Assembly: GCA_943788915.1 (NCBI GenBank)
Contig: CALSSD010000005.1
Span: forward strand, 186,001-250,000
Origin: an uncultured Acidimicrobiales bacterium
GTDB lineage: Bacteria > Actinomycetota > Acidimicrobiia > Acidimicrobiales > UBA10347
Direction: 5' to 3'
DNA: 64,000 nt
The translations under genes and the position numbers were made by a program. Positions 29,123 through 38,337 of the stretch are shown here, piece by piece. The notes below the pieces were generated by a model. The model saw only the letters and a list, made by a program, of their open reading frames with translations, searched no databases and had not been told where the DNA came from. The number at the start of each line of letters is the position of its first letter. Within the stretch, counting starts at the first letter, position 1.

Positions 29123-29252
29123 GATGTTGTGACCTCCATTGCTCCAACCTTGCAGCGTCATCGGTGGTGATGCAACTCGGCGACCCGACCCGCACACTCG
29201 GCGTGACGGGCGGCTGGGGTTCGGCCATCTTCGACCGCGCGAGACTGGGGTG

Positions 29253-29909
29253 GTGACACCAAATCCAACCAGCGCGGTGAACCCGAGCCAAGACAGCATC
29301 GATCTTCTCGCCACATGGCCAGACGATGCCCCGATAGCGATGCTCAATCTGCTCGCGTTCAACGGCGACGATGGTCGGGCCGCCTATGGCCGTTATGGAG
29401 CGGTTGCATCGAAGACGGTCGCTGCCCGCGGTGGTTCAGCGATCTTCATTGGGGCCGTGACCGACCCGACGAGTAACTGGGACTCGGTGGTGTTGGTGTA
29501 TTACCCCCGGCGGGCGGCGTATCTGGATATGCAACGTGACCAGGCGTACCTCGACGTGATCCCCGAGCGAACGGCGGGACTCCGTGCACGGCTGTTGTAT
29601 CCGTTTGCGCTGCCCGAAGCAGACGTTGCGCCCACGCTGACGGCAGCTGACACCGAAGTGTTTGAAATCGAGCTTGTGCATTCACCGAACCCTGCACACG
29701 TTCTGGAACCAACCACCCCGGACCATGTCGTTCTTGATCTGCCGGCCGGCGGGCCAGGCCTGGTGACCGACCAGCCGTGGGATCACCTGCGGGTGGCCCT
29801 TTACCCGTCAGCAGAGTCAGCTACTGCCAGCCAACGAGCCACGACCAGCACGAACCCGGACGGCAACACCGTCTTGCGGCTCGTCATACAACCAGCGGCC
29901 TCGTTATGA
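29253..29909 (+). CDS. DUF1330-family protein
   Basis: PIAMLNLLAF, AYGRYG...VAARGG, WDSVVLVYYPRRAAYLDM, RTAGL; start uncertain (GTG 29250/29253). Confidence 0.7.
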   Translation: MTPNPTSAVNPSQDSIDLLATWPDDAPIAMLNLLAFNGDDGRAAYGRYGAVASKTVAARGGSAIFIGAVTDPTSNWDSVVLVYYPRRAAYLDMQRDQAYLDVIPERTAGLRARLLYPFALPEADVAPTLTAADTEVFEIELVHSPNPAHVLEPTTPDHVVLDLPAGGPGLVTDQPWDHLRVALYPSAESATASQRATTSTNPDGNTVLRLVIQPAASL

Positions 29910-30646
29910 GCCGCCGAGTCGCGCTTATAACCGACACGACCATGCATCTTGGCCCTGACCTGGCCCGTGAGCTGGCCGTGCGGGGCCACGACCTCGTGAT
30001 CGGCGAACCAGCAGCTGGGCTCACAACCGAGCTCGAGGGACTGGGCAGCGCAGTTGAAGTTGTCGACGGTGTCGCCAACCTTTCCGATCCCACTTCGATC
30101 CAGACGCTTACCAAGCGGGCCCTCGACCGATTCGGTCGGCTCGATGCTGCCTGCGTTCGAACCGGAACGATTCTGAGTGGGTCGGTGTTTGATGCCTCGG
30201 TCCAGGACATCCATGATCAGGTAAAAGACAATCTGGAATCAGTTCTGCACACGATTCAGGCAGTGATTCCGCCGATGATCGGAGCAGGGGCCGGCCAGGT
30301 GGTGATCGTGACCAGCGCGGCTGGAAACAAGCCAGCATTGGCCGCTCCGATTTACAGCGCAACTCGGGCCGCCGCAAACATGTTGATCCGTTCGACAGCG
30401 TTATCCATTGCCGACACCGGCGTAACACTCAATGCCGTGGGCACGAACTTCCTCGATTACCCGAACTTTCGGGCAGCGACAGGGGCCGACGATCCTGACA
30501 TTCGGGCAGCCATCGAAAAGCAGGTGCCCATGGGCCGACTTGGTTCGCCAGCCGAGGTTGCGCACTTCTGCGCATCGTTACTCGACGGCAACTCCCGCTT
30601 TCAGACCGGACAGTTCTTCTCGCTCGCTGGCGGCTGGGACAACTAA
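29906..30646 (+). CDS. hheG: Halohydrin dehalogenase, G-type (SDR fold)
   Basis: Triad S-x12-Y-x3-R (TSAAGNKPALAAPIYSATR). N-terminal TDTTMHLG replaces TGxxxGxG. HheG-like RFGRLDAAC, NAVGTNFLDYP and LLDGNSRFQTGQFF...GGW. Confidence 0.85.
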   Translation: MSRRVALITDTTMHLGPDLARELAVRGHDLVIGEPAAGLTTELEGLGSAVEVVDGVANLSDPTSIQTLTKRALDRFGRLDAACVRTGTILSGSVFDASVQDIHDQVKDNLESVLHTIQAVIPPMIGAGAGQVVIVTSAAGNKPALAAPIYSATRAAANMLIRSTALSIADTGVTLNAVGTNFLDYPNFRAATGADDPDIRAAIEKQVPMGRLGSPAEVAHFCASLLDGNSRFQTGQFFSLAGGWDN

Positions 30647-30706
30647 ACCTGCTTAACGGCGAGCCGTTCGCGCAATGCTTCGCGCACAATCATCATCAAC
30701 CAGCGA

Positions 30707-31260
30707 TCACCCAGCAGCGCAGTGGCTTGCCCAAACGAACCGTGCGTAAGTGAATCCGGAATCGACATCACCAAACATGCCAGTGGCCGTCAACATTTCT
30801 CGTTTCGGTTCGGAGTCAGCCCACAGGAACTCGAGCATCTCCCCATCGAGTGTTGGCTCAGCACCCATCGCATGCCCAAGATCCCAGGCGTGAGCTGCGC
30901 CATCGGTGACCCGGCGAACATCGCTCGACGGAAGTCGCCTGCGGGGTGAACAACCATGCCTTCCAGGCCATCGGGTCCGGCGAATCCCTGGCACATCTGA
31001 GCGGCCAACCGGTTGAAGTCCGCGACTGGATCGGTGCTCACCCCGAGCATGTCATCGTTGAGACCAGCAATGATCTCATCGCGAGGCATGCCATCGAGTA
31101 TCTGGATCGATATACGAGTACCCAGCAGAACATGGTTTACGAGCGCTCCGACATCCCATTCTCCGCACGACGTGGGCGGGTCCCAATGTTCATCTCCCAC
31201 TTTGCTTAGTGCTGACTCAAACGCCCGGTTTTCCGCTTCCAACGCTTCACGCACTCCCAT
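30707..31260 (-). pseudogene. TIGR03086-type MDMPI-family protein, frameshifted with an altered C-terminus
   Basis: WDPPTSCGEWDVGALVNHV...VVHPAG. The conserved DGAAHAWDL continues in another frame after ~30910. Confidence 0.75.
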
Positions 31261-31351
31261 CGCTCGGGCTGGCGTACTTCCCTAATGGAAAACAAGCTCA
31301 AAATGTCAGGTTCACGAGGCCCTCTCCGGGTTGAGGATCTAGATTCAGACC

Positions 31352-32545
31352 ATGAAAGCTGTTGTGATCGGTGCAGGAATCGTGGGCGTGACGGCGGCGC
31401 TCACGCTTGCCGAAGCCGACATAGACGTCTTGATGCTTGATCGAGGCCAGATCGCTGGTGAAGCGTCGGGTCTGAACGCAGGGATCATTGGCGGAGGCGG
31501 TTGGGGCAACGCACCAGACGTGAACGTTGCGCTGCGAATGGGCAGTCGAGACCGTTACATCGACCTTGTGGATAATCGTGGGCACGAGATTGGGTTCGAC
31601 CGGACCGGAACGCTGACCTTGATCAGGACAGAGCAGGAATGGCACTGGGCCCAAGCCACAGTGCATACCGACCGCCAGGCAGGACACAGTTACGAACTGC
31701 TATCGACTGACGCCCTTCTCGACCTAGAACCAGCCGCTGACCCCACACTCCTCGGCGCCATCTACGACCCGCTCGCAGCCCGAGCCGAACCGGTGGCCGC
31801 CACCCACGCCTTTGCTGCCGAAGCGGCCCTTGCTGGAGTAACCACGATGACCGAGAGCACTGTTGGTGCACTTCGCCTGGTGACAGGAGGCGGCTGGGAG
31901 GTCGAAACCTTGGGGCCCCAGGCAGGAACCTTCGGGGCAGATGTCGTGATCGTCGCTGCCGGACCATGGTGTGCGGAGATTGGGGCGATGGTCGACATCA
32001 ACGTGCCGGTCGTTCCGGTCCGTGGTCAAATGTGGGCCACCGCTCCACAACCGCCACTGCTTCGCCATGCAATTGCAGCCGCAGAGTCATCGCGCTGGTG
32101 GGCGCTCGATCAACCCGCTGCTATGCAGCCGCCAAACCTGACCCACATCGGCGATGAGCGCACGACCCGGCATCTCTACGGCCGCCAACGGCCGAACGGC
32201 GAGATCGTGTTCGGTGGTGACCGAGTACTGAGCCAGGATCGATCCGTCGATCCGGATGGCATCACCGTGAACCATGGACACGTAGCCGAACTTGTGCCAG
32301 AAATTAGTGCGCTTGCACCAATCAGAACCTGGGCCGGACTGATGCCGTTCACCACCGACGGCAGGCCAATTATCGGCCCCGTCGAAGGGTTCGACGGACT
32401 CATCTTGGCTGGCGGTTTAGCCTCCGGAGGTTTCGGGCGCGGCCCCATGGCCGGCCAACTCGCCGCCGAATTCGCCATGGATCGAGCACCAAGCTTCGAC
32501 ATGACGCCGGTACTTCCCGATGACCGAGTGCAGAAACGAAACTGA
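31352..32545 (+). CDS. FAD-dependent oxidoreductase (D-amino acid oxidase/sarcosine oxidase beta family)
   Basis: VVIGAGIVG, ASGLNAG, AAGPW, PVRGQ, WAGLMPFTTDGRPIIG; leaderless TAGATT-N6-ATG. Confidence 0.88.
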   Translation: MKAVVIGAGIVGVTAALTLAEADIDVLMLDRGQIAGEASGLNAGIIGGGGWGNAPDVNVALRMGSRDRYIDLVDNRGHEIGFDRTGTLTLIRTEQEWHWAQATVHTDRQAGHSYELLSTDALLDLEPAADPTLLGAIYDPLAARAEPVAATHAFAAEAALAGVTTMTESTVGALRLVTGGGWEVETLGPQAGTFGADVVIVAAGPWCAEIGAMVDINVPVVPVRGQMWATAPQPPLLRHAIAAAESSRWWALDQPAAMQPPNLTHIGDERTTRHLYGRQRPNGEIVFGGDRVLSQDRSVDPDGITVNHGHVAELVPEISALAPIRTWAGLMPFTTDGRPIIGPVEGFDGLILAGGLASGGFGRGPMAGQLAAEFAMDRAPSFDMTPVLPDDRVQKRN

Positions 32546-32674
32546 CGGCCGTTCACGGATACTTCTTGCGCCTTTACGATCGCGACCCAGGTCCAGCGTC
32601 TGGGCCGTTTGCCTCATCGCTGAGTACTTTTACCCAAACCATCATGACATGGTTGTCTCAACCGATGGATCCGA

Positions 32675-33229
32675 ATGGATCAGCAGAGCAACCAGCGCCA
32701 ACATGGCGACAGGCGCCGTCTCAACTACTCCGATGACGAACGGGGTGCAGGTCTGGTGGAGTTCGCACTGATCTCAAGCATGCTCGTCATGTTGGTGTTG
32801 GGCACCGTCACACTGGGCATGAGTTTTCACCGCAGTCTCACGCTCAACAGCAGTGCGCACGAAGCAGTTCGTTATGGCTCAACCCTTCCGGTCGAAGGCA
32901 ATCTGAATGCGTGGCTCAACGCAGTTGCCAATGTGGCGATCGAATCAGCCGCCGGTGAGTTGGGCGAAAACGCCCCCGGCCAGCATGTGTGCGTCGCCTA
33001 TGTCTACCCAGCGGGTGTCGGCGACCATGATCGCACCGCGTCGATCATCGAAACAGAAGGAACTCGTGTCATCACCGCCGGTACACCGTGTTTTGACGAC
33101 TCCCGGCCAGGCACCGAACGTCGTATTCAGGTTCAGGTCGGACGTGAAACAGATGTCAGTACTGGCGTGTATACGAAAGAAGTGACCCTCAACTCGGCGC
33201 AGATCGCCCGGTTCGAACGGGCTGACTGA
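32675..33229 (+). CDS. TadE-like pseudopilin
   Basis: Prepilin motif DERGAGLVEFALI followed by a hydrophobic helix and AHEAVRYG. Confidence 0.8.
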   Translation: MDQQSNQRQHGDRRRLNYSDDERGAGLVEFALISSMLVMLVLGTVTLGMSFHRSLTLNSSAHEAVRYGSTLPVEGNLNAWLNAVANVAIESAAGELGENAPGQHVCVAYVYPAGVGDHDRTASIIETEGTRVITAGTPCFDDSRPGTERRIQVQVGRETDVSTGVYTKEVTLNSAQIARFERAD

Positions 33230-35004
33230 TGCGACTTTCGCTAGATTCGGCCACGGTGAACGATCGAGGAGCAGTTTTGCTCATCGGCGCTGCAGCGATG
33301 ACCGCCATCATCATGGTCGCGGCCCTGGTGATAGACCTCGGCATGGTGCGGGCAGACCGAGTACAGAATCGTTCAGCTGCAGACACCATCGCTACCGCAG
33401 GTGCTTTTGCCCTGGGTGAAGGCGGCGGCGTCACTGGTTGTGAATCTGCAGCAGGGTACGCAAACGAACTGCTGGGACCTGTTGACCTTTCCTGTAGCGG
33501 CTTCGCTTCGTCGTGTGATGGCTCAACAGCCCCGGCAACAGCAGTCGCCACCGCCGATGACATCACGATCACGCTGACCTATCCGGTTGCGAACTCCAGC
33601 GAACTACTGACACCAACCAGTGGCGGGACACAAGATCTCACCGCCATGGACGGTGACCCATGTGATCGATTTGGCGTGGCTATCGAGCAACGACAAACCG
33701 CACTCTTCTCACGACTCATGGGCCAAGAGACGATCGGCTCCAAGGTCCACTCGGTCGCAAAGGCCGGACGTCCGGACGGGCCTGGCGATCTTGTCAGCCT
33801 GTTGCTTCTCGAACCGCAGACCTGCCCCGCGCTGCAGGTAAGCGGTGGTGGATCGGACGGCGGCGTGTACGTAAGTGCTGCTATCAACGAAGCAGGTGAG
33901 GTTGCTAGGGACCCCGAGACAGGTGAAATATCGCCAGGACGGATCGCTGTAGATTCCGATGGAAGTTCCGGTTGCAGCTCGGCCATCAGCACGATCACCA
34001 CCAATGGCCGCCACGCAAACATCTATACCCAGGGCGATCCAGAAGATTGCGCAACCGAGAATGAACTGGGCGGGGGGTGGGGTTGCGGCGAGATCGAGAC
34101 CGTTGCAGCGGGTGCGCCAGGCTGTTATGCCCCCGCATGCAGTGGCGCAGCGGGAACCGTGTCGCCTCCGCCATCGGCAGCTGGCCAGCCTCGAACTCGA
34201 GCCCCTTTTGATTGGCGGTATAACTGCAAGCCGAGTTATCCGGAACTTGACATCGATGGATGCAACGATGACACCGGCACTCAAGGGCCCTACTTGGATG
34301 ACCTGACAGTCTGGGCAGAATCCGACAGCAGCTACAGCTACTACTCCGACGAATTCCCCTGCAAGTTGAAGCCCGGCGACGAGATAACCGTACAACCAGG
34401 GAACTGGTTGATTGACTGCTATCCGTTGTCGGTCAAGGGTGAGCTGACGTTCGAGGGAGGGAACCTCATCGTCGACGGTGGCATCGACTTGTCGTCCGGA
34501 GCCCAACTCAACGTCAACACGAACAACCCTGACGAGTTTTATGGCTGGTCGCCCGGATCAACGGTCGACATCCTCGAACACAGTAATCAGGCGGCCTTCA
34601 TCTTCTTCCGCGACGGCGCACTTTCTAAAGCCGGTCAGGCCTCGGTGAACTTCCAACACACGATGGTCTATTTCAGCGAATACTCAGGTTTCGACATGAC
34701 CGGCGGCACCGGTGGCATCACGTGGACTGCACCAACGGATGGACCGTTCAAAGATCTCACGTTGTGGAGCGAGGCGACATCGGTCCACAAACTCGGCGGT
34801 TCTGTGATCCTTGACATCGAAGGAATCATCTTCGTGCCAAATGCGACGATGCAGTTCCAAGGCAATGGTGGCATCTCGGGCATCCGAAGTCAGGTTGTCG
34901 CCAAGTCGTTGGTCACCGGCGGCAACGGAGGGCTGAAGCTCTCACCGGTGATGAATCAATCGGTGAGACACGACACGGTTGCCGATAGCCAACTCATCCG
35001 CTAA
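33229..35004 (+). CDS. TadG-like (Tad/Flp pilus tip) Cys/Gly-rich surface protein
   Basis: DRGAVLL...ALVIDLG...QNRSAAD..A.AGA; coupled to the TadE-like gene by TGATG; beta-rich C-terminus (IEGIIFVPNA). Confidence 0.78.
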   Translation: MRLSLDSATVNDRGAVLLIGAAAMTAIIMVAALVIDLGMVRADRVQNRSAADTIATAGAFALGEGGGVTGCESAAGYANELLGPVDLSCSGFASSCDGSTAPATAVATADDITITLTYPVANSSELLTPTSGGTQDLTAMDGDPCDRFGVAIEQRQTALFSRLMGQETIGSKVHSVAKAGRPDGPGDLVSLLLLEPQTCPALQVSGGGSDGGVYVSAAINEAGEVARDPETGEISPGRIAVDSDGSSGCSSAISTITTNGRHANIYTQGDPEDCATENELGGGWGCGEIETVAAGAPGCYAPACSGAAGTVSPPPSAAGQPRTRAPFDWRYNCKPSYPELDIDGCNDDTGTQGPYLDDLTVWAESDSSYSYYSDEFPCKLKPGDEITVQPGNWLIDCYPLSVKGELTFEGGNLIVDGGIDLSSGAQLNVNTNNPDEFYGWSPGSTVDILEHSNQAAFIFFRDGALSKAGQASVNFQHTMVYFSEYSGFDMTGGTGGITWTAPTDGPFKDLTLWSEATSVHKLGGSVILDIEGIIFVPNATMQFQGNGGISGIRSQVVAKSLVTGGNGGLKLSPVMNQSVRHDTVADSQLIR

Positions 35005-35036
35005 GGGTAGAAAACCACCGGACGCACTGCACTGAG

Positions 35037-35069
35037 TGTGGAGTGACTGTGGAGTGACTGTGGAGTGAC
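35037..35069 (+). repeat. 11-bp tandem repeat x3 upstream of the MFS gene
   Basis: TGTGGAGTGAC x3. Confidence 0.9.
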
Positions 35070-35171
35070 TACTGTCGGAAGATCGAAACCACTGCAACTG
35101 GCGAGCTCAAGGCGATAGCCACGATCTCTGACCAACGGCGCCGAGGAGCACTTGCAATTGCGGCGGTTGCC

Positions 35172-36530
35172 ATGTTGCTCGCCGCGTTTGTTGGCACGGC
35201 TACCAACATTGCCATCCCGGTGCTCGAAGAGGAGTTCTCCGGCGAGAGCCTGACCCACATTGCCTGGGTCATCTCTGGGTTCTCAGTGACGCAGGTGACC
35301 TTCATGCTCCTCGGCGGTCGGCTGGCTGACCGCATAGGTCGGCGTCGCATCTTTGTTATCGGACTTGGCGTGTTTGCCGTCGGCGCTGCCCTGTCGGCGG
35401 TTGCACCGAGTATCGACTTGGTCATTGCGGCCCGGGTCATCCAGGCCATCGGCGTTGCGCTGGTCATCCCGTCGTCACTGGCCGCGGTCCTGCCGCTGTA
35501 TCCGAAGGAACAACACGGATCCGTGGTTTCGCTGTGGTCATCGATGGGTGTACTTGGCGCTGCGGCCGCTCCGACCGTGGCAGCCGGGCTGCTCGAGGTA
35601 TCGAGTTGGCGGGTGGTGTTCGCAATCGTTGTCCCCATCGCGCTGGCCGGAATGGTGCTGGCGTCGAAGTACATGGCTGACGACACCGTCGCCGATCGGC
35701 CGCCGCCGCTCGACCTGCTGGGAACCGTGGCCGGGACACTCGCCATTGGTGGCACAACCTTCGCCATCGTGCAAGGCCGCGCCTGGGGCTGGTTCGATGC
35801 GCGGATCGTCGTCGTTTTCTTCGCAGCGGTGATCGGAGCGGTCTTCTTCGTCAAGTCGTCGCGCCGCCACGACGAACCGCTACTTGATCTCGCCCTGCTC
35901 GGGATTCCCTCGTTCAAGGTTGTCACCGCTGCCAGTGCATTACTCTCGACTTCAACCTCGGCCACATGGTTCCTGTATCCCCTGTTCCTGAGCGATGTCT
36001 GGCAGTACTCGAATCTTGAGATCGGGCTAGCCATGACGCCTGGACCGGCGACACTTGTGTTGTGTGCACCCATCGCGGGGAAACTCGTTGATCGCTACGG
36101 CTATCGAGAGTTGTTGATCGCCGGGGGCACGCTCGCCACCGTCGGCACGGCATGGATGGCGTGGCGGCTTCGAGCCGACGGAATCTACGTCACGGCGTTC
36201 CTACCAGGCACCTTGTCGATCGGTCTTGGTATGGCATTCATGCTGGGCCCCGCCAACGCTGCCGCGTTACGCGACATCACTTCCGACCAACTTGGGGCCG
36301 CCAACGCTGCCTTTAACACGGCACGCTCGGCGTTCTCGGCATTCGGTGTTGCCATCACGACTGCGATGATCGGCAACGCCGTCGTCGGCGACCGCATCGA
36401 CGAGTTCCGACTGGGGTGGTGGTCAATGGTCGGGGTGATGAGTCTGAGCCCGGCGCTGCTGTTCTTCGCCTACAAGCCTCATCGCCCACAGCACGAACGC
36501 GGATTAGAGGGTTCGGACGCTCCATGTTGA
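35172..36530 (+). CDS. MFS efflux transporter (DHA2/EmrB-QacA type)
   Basis: GGRLADRIGRRR, ARVIQAIG.A...PSS, DLLG, EPLLDL.L; the true start may lie upstream because the frame is open to ~35058. Confidence 0.88.
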   Translation: MLLAAFVGTATNIAIPVLEEEFSGESLTHIAWVISGFSVTQVTFMLLGGRLADRIGRRRIFVIGLGVFAVGAALSAVAPSIDLVIAARVIQAIGVALVIPSSLAAVLPLYPKEQHGSVVSLWSSMGVLGAAAAPTVAAGLLEVSSWRVVFAIVVPIALAGMVLASKYMADDTVADRPPPLDLLGTVAGTLAIGGTTFAIVQGRAWGWFDARIVVVFFAAVIGAVFFVKSSRRHDEPLLDLALLGIPSFKVVTAASALLSTSTSATWFLYPLFLSDVWQYSNLEIGLAMTPGPATLVLCAPIAGKLVDRYGYRELLIAGGTLATVGTAWMAWRLRADGIYVTAFLPGTLSIGLGMAFMLGPANAAALRDITSDQLGAANAAFNTARSAFSAFGVAITTAMIGNAVVGDRIDEFRLGWWSMVGVMSLSPALLFFAYKPHRPQHERGLEGSDAPC

Positions 36531-37523
36531 CGGTTCAACCAGTTGGGCCAGCTCGACCTCGAACCGAAGTGTCTCACCTTTGGCGATCTCCTGGTCGAAA
36601 CGGAACACACGGTTGCCCCAACTAGTGACCGGACCAAGGGGCGATGTCGACAGCGTTGTTTCGTCGTCAAAAGACGCTTCGAACCAGATACAGCAGCCAT
36701 CGACGATCGTGTCCGCCGACGCCGTGCGCTCAACGATGTGTCGGGCAGGAAGCGACTCGAGGGATTCGAGCGTGTTCAAGTCGAACTCAAGAATCGGTTG
36801 TGGTTCGCCGATCGTCGATTCGACCGAATGCGGACGCAGCCAGAAGTTGTCGTTGCGACCGGTGTTGAACCGGGCAGCGACAGGGGAGTTTTGTGAGGCG
36901 CTGAGGTCGATGCCATCGGGCACATCGATGTTCCAGAATCGACGAATCCGCATCTCTTCATGCATCGACACCGGTTCGACGAACAGGCGGAACCGTGCTG
37001 GCAGTATCCGCCCCGATGGAGCGAGGACCCTGTCGCGAAGATCTAGCACGTTCTCCAGCATGTTCTCGTTGAACAACTCATCGCCCATTTGTTCGTGGAG
37101 CACTACATCGATCGGCTCCGGCGGCGTGAACTCGCGACTGTTTGCTCGGATGTATTCGATGTTGGTGAACCCGTTGTAGTCCCCGATTTCACGAGCAACA
37201 TCGACAAAGTCGGAATGTTCAACGGCATAGACCTTCTTCGCTCCCGCTCGGCTCGCCATGAACGCAAGCAGGCCCGTGCCGGTACCAAGGTCGAGCACCA
37301 CGTCGCCCGGCTGCACATTGCGGTGAATCCCACGGTGATACGCCTCGACCCGCACATTGTCACTCAGCATCTCCTCGTGCGCTTCGAGACCTGCGAAATT
37401 CTCGCCATTCATCAGGTCGTAGGCGACACTCATCATGCGGTCGCTCGACGCGACCCTCTCCGCAACAAAACCCGTCGCAGACCGGACGAACTTGGTCGCT
37501 GCTCGTTGTGCTCGACTACTCAT
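36504..37523 (-). CDS. Eukaryote-type protein arginine N-methyltransferase homolog (PRMT1-like, full length)
   Basis: HEEMLSDNVR, VLDLGTGTGLL, VYAVE, double-E loop HEQMGDELFNENML, RDRVLAPSG.ILP, arm FWN..DGIDLS, barrel WFEASF...STSPLGPVTSW; leaderless TAACCT-N6-ATG. Confidence 0.85.
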   Translation of the reverse strand: MSSRAQRAATKFVRSATGFVAERVASSDRMMSVAYDLMNGENFAGLEAHEEMLSDNVRVEAYHRGIHRNVQPGDVVLDLGTGTGLLAFMASRAGAKKVYAVEHSDFVDVAREIGDYNGFTNIEYIRANSREFTPPEPIDVVLHEQMGDELFNENMLENVLDLRDRVLAPSGRILPARFRLFVEPVSMHEEMRIRRFWNIDVPDGIDLSASQNSPVAARFNTGRNDNFWLRPHSVESTIGEPQPILEFDLNTLESLESLPARHIVERTASADTIVDGCCIWFEASFDDETTLSTSPLGPVTSWGNRVFRFDQEIAKGETLRFEVELAQLVEPSTWSVRTL

Positions 37524-37566
37524 ACCCAGAGGTTACGAGGCTGACCCAACCAGCGGCCACAGAACA

Positions 37567-37605
37567 CCGATAACGAACCGGTGCCTGGCACCGGTTCGTT
37601 ATCGG
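37567..37605. repeat. Perfect 39-bp palindrome with CGGTGCCTGGCACCG core (REP-like/terminator)
   Basis: CCGATAACGAACCGGTGCC-T-GGCACCGGTTCGTTATCGG, between the TetR stop and the PRMT start. Confidence 0.9.
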
Positions 37606-37655
37606 CGAAGTGCTGCATCGCGGACCGTTTACGTCGCAGGTCCTCGGGTTGCGAC

Positions 37656-38252
37656 TCAGCGAAACAGAGCACCAAGCGCTGCTGCCACCACCGCATGTGT
37701 GTCGTCAGCCGACAGTTGCCGGTGCCGGCGCAAGAAGTCGACCGCATCGAGTTGGGTCAACAAGTCGCCTGCGTTCAGAACGTGTTCGCGTTCTTTGGTG
37801 CTGAGCCCTTCGAGTTCCGGTGCAAACTGCAACACGAACTGATCGCGCATGAGGTCACGATTCGAGGCAAGCTCCGCTGCCACCCGCGGATGGCGGGCAG
37901 CATTGGCCATCGTTGCCCGAAAGGTCGGTCCCGATATCTCGTGCAGTCGGAGCCGCATGGCAACAAAATCGTCTATCCGATCGGCAACCGATCCTTGGCC
38001 GATGGCAGGCAGCAGAACCGCTTCGGCAACCTGCTCGCGGCTGCGCACGATGACCGCTTCGAGCAGCTCAGCGGGATCGGCAAAGTACCGATACAGCGAC
38101 CTCAGTGACAGCCCAGATCGTTTGGCAACTTGTTCGATAGTCGGGAAGAGCGACTCTTCGGCAAACATTTCGAGCACGACATCGAGCACGCTGTTGATGT
38201 TGCGCTCACGGCGGGCAACGCGGCCATCGGCTGGGGCTTCCACGTCAGTCAT
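37656..38252 (-). CDS. TetR/AcrR-family regulator
   Basis: DGRVARRERN, PTIEQVAKRSGLSLRSLYRYF. Confidence 0.88.
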   Translation of the reverse strand: MTDVEAPADGRVARRERNINSVLDVVLEMFAEESLFPTIEQVAKRSGLSLRSLYRYFADPAELLEAVIVRSREQVAEAVLLPAIGQGSVADRIDDFVAMRLRLHEISGPTFRATMANAARHPRVAAELASNRDLMRDQFVLQFAPELEGLSTKEREHVLNAGDLLTQLDAVDFLRRHRQLSADDTHAVVAAALGALFR

Positions 38253-38337
38253 CGCTCTCGACGCTAGCAACCTCCGATCGCCGACACGTCGCTCAATAGT
38301 TTCTTCCAATTGTTGCTACCGCAGGGACGTCAACAAT

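Noticed and set aside
13723..30646. Haloperoxidase plus halohydrin dehalogenase as one halogenation-epoxidation pathway
   Set aside because: Chemically attractive, but the genes are ~15 kb apart in different transcription units, the haloperoxidase is broken and exported, and no shared regulatory motif was found.
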